From Macrostomum lignano (taxonomy: Eukaryota), in contig NIVC01001604.1 in assembly GCA_002269645.1 (NCBI GenBank), positions 186,001 through 250,000 on the forward strand: a DNA stretch of 64,000 nt, written 5' to 3'. The stretch's first letter is position 1; every line of letters starts with the position of its first letter. The position numbers were made by a program, and so were the translations under genes. The notes under the pieces were generated by a model. The model worked only from the letters and a program-made list of their open reading frames with translations, was not told the origin of the DNA and ran no database searches. Positions 56,315-64,000 of the stretch are shown piece by piece.

Positions 56315-57632
56315 ATGAGGATAGATGACCATTATTATCTCCATAGGAGTTATCAGTGAGGATAGATGACCATTATTATCCCCATAGGAGTTATCAATGT
56401 GGATAGATGACCATTATTATCCCAATAGGAGTTATCAGTGTGGATAGATGACCATATTATCCCAATAGGAGTTATCAGTGTGGATAGATAACCATTATTA
56501 TCCCAATAGGAGTTATCAGTGTGGATAGATAACCATTATTATCCCAATAGGAGTTATCAGTGTGGATAGATGACCATTATTATCCCAATAGGAGTTATCA
56601 GTGAGGATAGATGACCATTATTATCCCAATAGGAGTTATCAATGTGGATAGATGACCATTATTATCCCAATAGGAGTTATCAATGTGGATAGATGACCAT
56701 TATTATCCCAATAGGAGTTATCAATGTGGATAGATGACCATTATTATCCCAATAGGAATTATCAATGAGGATAGATGACCATTATTATCCCAATAGGAAT
56801 TATCAATGAGGATAGATGACCATTATTATCCCAATAGGAGTTATCAGTGTGGATAGATGACCATTATTATCCCAATAGGAATTATCAATGAGGATAGATG
56901 ACCATTATTATCCCAATAGGAATTATCAATGAGGATAGATGACCATTATTATCCCAATAGGAGTTATCAATGTGGATAGATGACCATTATTATCCCAATA
57001 GGAGTTATCAATGTGGATAGATGACCATTATTATCCCTATAGGAGTTATCAATGTGGATAGATGACCATTATTATACCAATAGGAATTATCAATGAGGAT
57101 AGATGACCATTATTATCCCAATAGGAATTATCAATGAGGATAGATGACCATTATTATCCCAATAGGAATTATCAATGAGGATAGATGACCATTATTATCC
57201 CAATAGGAATTATCAATGTGGATAGATGACCATTATTATTCCAATAGGAATTATCAATGAGGATAGATGACCATTATTATCCCAATAGGAGTTATCAATG
57301 AGGATAGATGACCATTATTATTCCAATAGGAGTTATCAATGTGGATAGATGACCATTATTATCCCAATAGGAATTATCAATGTGGATAGATGACCATTAT
57401 TATCCCTATAGGAGTTATCAATGTGGATAGATGACCATTATTATCCCAATAGGAATTATCAATGAGGATAGATGACCATTATTATCCCAATAGGAGTTAT
57501 CAATGAGGATAGATGACCATTATTATCCCAATAGGAGTTATCAATGAGGATAGATGACCATTATTATCCCAATAGGAATTATCAATGAGGATAGATGACC
57601 ATTATTATCCCAATAGGAATTATCAATGAGGA
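56315..57632. repeat. 41-bp minisatellite
   Basis: aggatagatgaccattattatcccaataggaattatcaatg. Confidence 0.95.
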
Positions 57633-57643
57633 CAAATTCTGGA

Positions 57644-57751
57644 TGAACTGAAGTAATGCAGAGTTAAGTGTCTTGGTCAAGGACACAAATTGTTCCAGTG
57701 GGATCGGGAATCGAACCCCCAACCTTTCAGAGGCTCTAACCAATAGGCTAC
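57644..57751 (-). mobile_element. Truncated second copy of the same SINE
   Basis: Aligns by eye with 47300-47418 (TGAACTGAAG...CAAGGACACAAATTG...GAATCGAACCCC...CTCTAACCA). Confidence 0.72.
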
Positions 57752-57829
57752 CTCTTGTTCAAACATAGCCATTAAAAGTACATATATCTCCAGGCTAAAC
57801 ACGTAACCAACCTGGGTAACCAAAATTAT

Positions 57830-58330
57830 CCTCACAGGTCATTCCATCATCCTGACCATTCCGTCATTATCCTCACAGGTCATTCCATCATCCTGACCAT
57901 TCCGTCATTATCCTCGCTGGTCATTCCATCATCCTGATCATTCCGTCATTATCCTCGCTGACCATTCCGTCATTATCCTCGCTGGTCATTCCATCATCCT
58001 GACCATTCCGTCATTATCCTCGCTGATCATTCCGTCATTATCCTCGCTGATCATTCCGTCATTATCCTCGCTGGTCATTCCGTCATTATCCTCGCTGATC
58101 ATTCCGTCATTATCCTCGCTGATCATTCCGTCATTATCCTCGCTGACCATTCCGTCATTATCCTCGCTGATCATTCCGTCATTATCCTCGCTGGTCATTC
58201 CGTCATTATCCTCGCTGATCATTCCGTCATTATCCTCGCTGATCATTCCGTCATTATCCTCGCTGATCATTCCGTCATTATTCTCGCTGATCATTCCGTC
58301 ATTATCCTCGCTGATCATTCCGTCATTATG
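57830..58330. repeat. 24-bp minisatellite
   Basis: ttccgtcattatcctcgctgatca. Confidence 0.92.
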
Positions 58331-58809
58331 CCCACTACCAGTTCATCATCCTCACAGGTCATTCCCAGTTGGTTAAAATGGTCATTATCTCTGGTCAGCA
58401 GCTTGTCAATCCTTATTTTTTAGCGGCCTATAAGACAGTGGACCGCATTCTATTACTAGAAGTAGGCGGTGCGGAATCCAGTAATACACGACAAAAATCG
58501 AAGTGATTTAAACGGGTCTAGAGACACTTGTACTTTAGCAATATACACAAGCTTGAAGCAAACTACGAAGTATATTTGAACTAGAAAATAAAATAATCTT
58601 AGTCACGGGAGAAGCTATCGGTGAGAGAATGCGAAACTCGCAAAATGGGGAGCTTGAAATGAGAACTGGAAGATCAGCTCGAACTGAGCCGCCAATCTTG
58701 CCAAACTGTACCGCAAATAAAATAAAATATTTAAAGTATAAATGCTCTGCACTGGTAAGTCAGCAAGCAACCCCTCTCAATCACCTTCACCTGCCACCTG
58801 AACACAGCC

Positions 58810-59332
58810 ATCACCTGGTATGCCACCTGTACACAGCCATCACCTGGTATGCCACCTGTACACAGCCATCACCTGGTATGCCACCTGTACACAGCCATCA
58901 CCTGGTATGCCACCTGTACACAGCCATCACCTGGTATGCCACCTGTACACAGCCATCACCTGGTATGCCACCTGTACACAGCCATCACCTGGTATGCCAC
59001 CTGTACACAGCCATCACCTGGTATGCCACCTGTACACAGCCATCACATGGTATGCCACCTGTACACAGCCATCACCTGGTATGCCACCTGTACACAGCCA
59101 TCACCTGGTATGCCACCTGTACACAGCCATCACCTGGTATGCCACCTGTACACAGCCATCACCTGGTATGCCACCTGTACACAGCCATCACCTGGTATGC
59201 CACCTGTACACAGCCATCACCTGGTATGCCACCTGTACACAGCCATCACCTGGTATGCCACCTGTACACAGCCATCACCTGGTATGCCACCTGTACACAG
59301 CCATCACCTGGTATGCCACCTGTACACAGCCA
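58810..59332. repeat. 29-bp minisatellite downstream of the SBNO-like stop
   Basis: gccacctgtacacagccatcacctggtat. Confidence 0.95.
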
Positions 59333-59421
59333 CCAACTCAAGCTTGGCTGCCCAGCTGGCCCCAATCTCAAGCAGAAAAGCCAGGCCCAGAGCAGTTCTG
59401 AGCAGCTCCTAAACCCGGCAG

Positions 59422-62400
59422 CTAAGCTGCATCTCTGTCCAGTTTCTCTTGCTTTGGTTCCGCACCGGCCGGGCCGCTGGCCCCCACAACGAGGCAGACG
59501 GCCCAGTGGTCCCGGGGCCGCACGGAGGCCGGCAGCTGCTTGTCGCAGTTCGGGCAGACCGACTCGTCCGGCTGCCTGGCGGCGAACAGGTCGCTGATGC
59601 GGGCCTGCTTGGCCGGGCTGGGGGCGGCCGCCGCTGCTCTGCAGCTCTTCCGCTTGCTGGCCGCCGCGGCATGAACTGGCGAGGGCGAAGGTGAAGGCGA
59701 AGCGGCCGCCGGAGCGAAAAAGCTTCGAATGGTTGGCGGTGCCGTGGTCGCCCGGCGCTTCATCCGCTCGTCTACCGGCGCCACAGCCTCCTCCTTCGCT
59801 GCACCGGCCGCCGCTGAAGCTGCCGTCGGTCCCGAGGCCACCTCCGCCTGCTGGGCCAGCAGCCGCCGGCGCCCCAGCTCCGCCTCGGCGGCCCGCAGCA
59901 GCGCAGCGGGGAATCGGAGGCCAACAAACCGACGGCTGCCGCCAGCGGCGTCGGGGTCGGCTTCGCTATCGGCGTCGACGCGGGCTCGCAGGAACCGCAG
60001 GCGACGACGAGAGGCGGGCAGGCCTCGCAGGGCGGCCCAGTTGGCGGCCAGACAGGCCTCCAGCGCGGGCAGCAGCGGCAGCACGGAGCCGCAGAGCAGG
60101 GTGAGCCGCTCAGTCACTGTGCGCTGCGGAGTCCGCTGCTGGCTCTGGTGAGGCTGCTGATGCCGTAACCGCAGCCTCCTGGTGATCTCCAGGGTGACGG
60201 CGGTGACCTGGCGCGAGAGGAGGCCGGCCGGTAGGCAGCTCTGCTGAAACGCCTCGGCTGGCGGCGACACCAGCCGGATGGAGTCGGCGCGCAGCTCCGC
60301 CAGGCAGTCGTCGTCTGCTGTCGCCGATGCCGCCAGAGGGGAGCTGGGAGAAGCGGCGTCTGCGGGGCCTGCGGGAGGGGATTTGGGGATTCGAGTGCTG
60401 GCGAAGGGGGAGGGAGAGATACGCACTCGCATAGGGTGCATGGCGGCCCTGACTTTCTATTCGTCTCAAAACTTTCATACTGGAAGAAATGGAATGGAAG
60501 AAATGGAGGAATTCAGACAGGATTTGAAGACAGATGGGATGGATGGGAAGATAGGGAGATGGATGAGAAGATAGGGAGATGGGTGGGAAGATAAGGGAGA
60601 TGGATGGGAAGATAAGGGAGATGGGTGGGAAGATAAGGGAGATGGATGGGAAGATAAGGGAGATGGGTGGGAAGAGTGCTGGTGGGAAGAGGGGAGATGG
60701 ATGGGAAGATAGGGGAGATGGGTGGGAAGATAGGGAGATGGATGAGAAGATAAGGGAGATGGGTGGGAAGATAGGGGAGATGGATGGGAAGATAAGGGAG
60801 ATGGGTGGGAAGATAAGGGAGATGGGTGGGAAGATAGGGGAGATGGATGGGAAGACAGGGGAGATGGATGGAAAGATTGGGGAGACAAATGGGAAGATAG
60901 GGGAGATGGATGGGAAGATAGGTAAGATGGGAAGACAGGGAATGGGAGCATGGGAGGGAATGGGAGCAGCTCACCAAAGCCGGGCGCGGGCTCGAGCCCG
61001 CAGGCGGCCAGAAAGTAGCGGAACAGACAGGCCTGCTCAGCCACCAGCAGCCCCAGCAGCCTGTTCAAGAAGCGATTCACCGAGCCCGTCTCGCCATCGC
61101 GGAGGCGACACTTGCCGCTGGGCTCGGCAAGGCGCTCGAAGATGTCCATGTCCAGCAGACAGGCCTGCAGCCGCTGCGGGGCCAAGGCGGGAGCGGCATT
61201 TCAAATTAAAGTTAACAGAAAGTTGGGATTCTTCTCTGGCGACTCTGAGCCATGACTCTCACCTGAGCCATGACTCTCACCTGAGCCATGACTCTCACCT
61301 GAGCCATGACTCTCACCAGAGCCATGACTCTCCTACTTGAGCCATGACTCTCCTACTTGAGCCATGACTCTCCCACCTGAGCCATGACTCTCACCAGAGC
61401 CATGACTCTCCTACTTGAGCCATGACTCTCCTACTTGAGCCATGACTCTCCCACCTGAGCCATGACTCTCACCTTAGCCATGACTCTCACCTGAGCCATG
61501 ACTCTCCCAACTCACAAGGTGCCTCTCCAACATGACTCCCCCTGTATGCTCACCCGCACGCCCTCCTGCTCAGTCGAGACCTCGCCGTCGAAGACCTCCG
61601 GCAGGCTGACGCCCCGCAGCAGGCGGCCGGCCGCAGTGTACTGATACAGCCGGCGCAGGGCCGCCCTGCCGCGGCCGGTGTCACAGTTGAGGTGGCCGAG
61701 GTCGCCAACCAGGGCGGCCCGCCGGTCGGCCTTGGTCAGGGCGCCCAGAGTCTGCAGCCGCTTGGCAACACCGGAGCAGAAGCGGCGCTCGCCGGCCAGG
61801 TCCAGGCAGACCAGGCGGTAGACGGGGCCGCTGGACTGGCCTGAGCGGTGCGTGCGGCCCAGCTGCTGCACCTGAGTTGGGATTTGGGATGCTCAGGAAT
61901 GACCGAGCGGTTGCAGATACAAATCCCATATTTATTATCCCAAATGTGACTGAGAAATACCAAAAAGGAACGACAATACATTACCATCCAAATGGGATAT
62001 TTACAAATTTACCTAATGGGATGTTCACGCAGCTACCCAATGGGATATTCACAAATCTACATGTACTTAATGGGATATTCACAAATCTACTTAATAGGAT
62101 GTTCACAAAGCTACTCAATGGGATATTCACAAATCTACTTAATGGGATATTCACAAATCTACTTAATGGGATGTTCACAAAGCTACCCAATGGGATATTC
62201 ACAAATCTACTTAATGGGATGTTCACAAAGCTACCCAATGGGATATTCTCGAATCTACTTAATGGGATACTCACGAAGCTACCCAATGGGATATTCACAC
62301 AGCTACCCAATGAGACTTTCACGAATCTATCCAATGGGATATTCACAAAGCTACCCAATGGGATATTCACTAATCTATCCAATGGGATATTCACAAATCT

Positions 62401-63802
62401 ATCCAATGGGATATTCTCATATCTACCCAATGGGATATTCACTAATCTATCCAATGGGATATACACAAAATCCTGCATGCTTTCTAATAAGGATCGGCAT
62501 TCAGACTGCAGTGCATCGGGCTTCACCGCTTTCTCGGCAGACCAGGGCAGCTCGGCAGTCACGTGCACCCGCCGGCGGGTGTTGGCACAGCCGGGGTCGG
62601 CGTGCAGGCTGATGCCGGTGGAGGCCGCATCCGAGATGACGGCCGCCAGCTTCTGGCCCGCCATGAAGCGCTGCCGCTCGCTGGCGTTCACGCTCTGCGC
62701 ATCGCCGCTCTCCGCGTAACGGCTCTCCAGGCGGAAGCCGCCGCGGCCCTCGCAGCGGATGATGCGGCTGCGCCGGCCTGCACAGGGCCAATCAGACACC
62801 AGGTGAGATCCCGATTCTCCCACAGGGCCAATCAGACACCAGGTGAGATCCCGATTCTCCCACAGGGCCAATCAGACACCAGGTGAGATCCCGATTCTCC
62901 CACAGGGCCAATCAGACACCAGGTGAGATCCCGATTCTCTCACAGGGCCAATCAGACACCAGGTGAGATCCTGATTCTCCCACAGGGCCAATCAGACACC
63001 AGGTGAGATCCCGATTCTCTCACAGGGCCAATCAGACACCAGGTGAGATCCTGATTCTCCCACAGGGCCAATCAGACACCAGGTGAGATCCCGATTCTCC
63101 CACAGGGCCAATCAGACACCAGGTGAGATCCTGATTCTCTCACAGGGCCAATCAGACACCAGGTGAGATCCCGATTCCCTCACAGGGCCAATCAGACACC
63201 AGGTGAGATCCCGATTCTCCCACAGGGCCAATCAGACACCAGGTGAGATCCCGATTCTCCCACAGGGCCAATCAGACACCAGGTGAGATCCTAATTGTCC
63301 CACAGAATCGCAGAGGACTAATTACATATGAAAACCCCAAGATTCTACTACCTGTCATTTCTGCCACATCGTCAGGCCCCCCAAGGCCGTCAATGAGCAG
63401 GTCGAGTCCCCCGGCCGGCAGCTCGCAGGCCTCCAGCTCGTCCAGCAGGCGCTGTCTCTCGCCGCTGCTCCAGGTCTCGGGCTGGCCAGTCAGGGTGGAC
63501 ACGGCGGGGAAGTGCGACAGCAGGAACTGCCGGCACACGTGTCGACAAACCGACACGAAGCCGGAGGGCGACTGCAGATCGGCGGAGGCGTGCAGGCCGG
63601 CCTCTCCGGTGCTCTGCAGGCCCAGCACAGGGCAGAGGCCGATGTCCAGGGCCCGCTTGGCCTCGGCCAGCACGGCGGGCACCCGCAGCGACAGGCAGAG
63701 CTGCAGGAAGAAGCGCTGGTGGGCGGACCAGTAGCTGCGCAGGTGCTGGCCTGGAGAGCGAACTCGGCACAGGGAGCAGGCGCGGAGCAGGCTGGAGTGA
63801 AT
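59422..63802 (-). CDS. Strawberry notch (SBNO/FORGETTER1-like) helicase-family protein, 3' exons; gene continues right of the window
   Basis: Exons: 63802-63352, 62777-62527, 61871-61554, 61173-60975 (or 61164), 60368-59422, with compatible phases. Family motifs: [64 protein letters not shown]...AKRLQTLGALT, FLNRLLG, LCGSVL...VGL. Confidence 0.9.
60535..60935. repeat. About 22-bp purine-rich intronic minisatellite
   Basis: gggagatggatgggaagataa-like. Confidence 0.88.
61245..61510. repeat. 18-20-bp intronic minisatellite
   Basis: tgagccatgactctcacc. Confidence 0.9.
61985..62462. repeat. 24-bp intronic minisatellite
   Basis: aatgggatattcacaaatctactt. Confidence 0.9.
62781..63292. repeat. 40-bp intronic minisatellite
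   Basis: cacagggccaatcagacaccaggtgagatcccgattctcc, abutting the acceptor at 62778. Confidence 0.95.
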
Positions 63803-64000
63803 CTGCAGGGGCGGGGGAGATTGAGTGACATTTTTAATGGAGTGGAGTGACATTAGGCGCAAGTGGAATAACATTTGACTCAATTGAAGCAATATTTTGT
63901 AAGGATTAATTGGCATTGGGCATCAGCGAAGTGACGCTGGGAATTAACGGCGTGAAAATTTTATTCGACAGAGTGATATTAGGCATCAGTGGAATGACAT

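Overview
Animal genomic DNA, not prokaryotic. GC-rich exons alternate with introns that are mostly filled by tandem repeats; this architecture suggests a Macrostomum-like free-living flatworm (inference only). Five spliced protein-coding genes were rebuilt by hand from splice sites and phases. (1) The 5' part of a BAR-RhoGAP of the ARHGAP17/44/SH3BP1 family (minus strand, runs off the left edge). (2) A complete 14-exon PTK7/off-track-like receptor pseudokinase (minus, 27720-8206, about 1316 aa) with a young Mag-type Ty3/gypsy element in one intron. (3) An unrecognised secreted protein made of two homologous domains (plus, 42995-44512). (4) A complete 8-exon nicotinic acetylcholine receptor alpha subunit (minus, 55605-45927, 559 aa). 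(5) The 3' half of a Strawberry-notch-family helicase with PIP-like and UBZ4-like motifs at its C-terminus (minus, runs off the right edge). Also present: a Harbinger deletion derivative, a hAT-type MITE, a decayed second gypsy element, two copies of a tRNA-derived CORE-like SINE, an inverted duplicate of a receptor exon, and about 38 different mini- and microsatellites. Most long ORFs in the supplied track are translations of tandem repeats, not genes. Top leads: the two-domain secreted protein, inverted repeat pairs flanking frame-preserving exons, and the Strawberry-notch C-terminal module. No database search was run.
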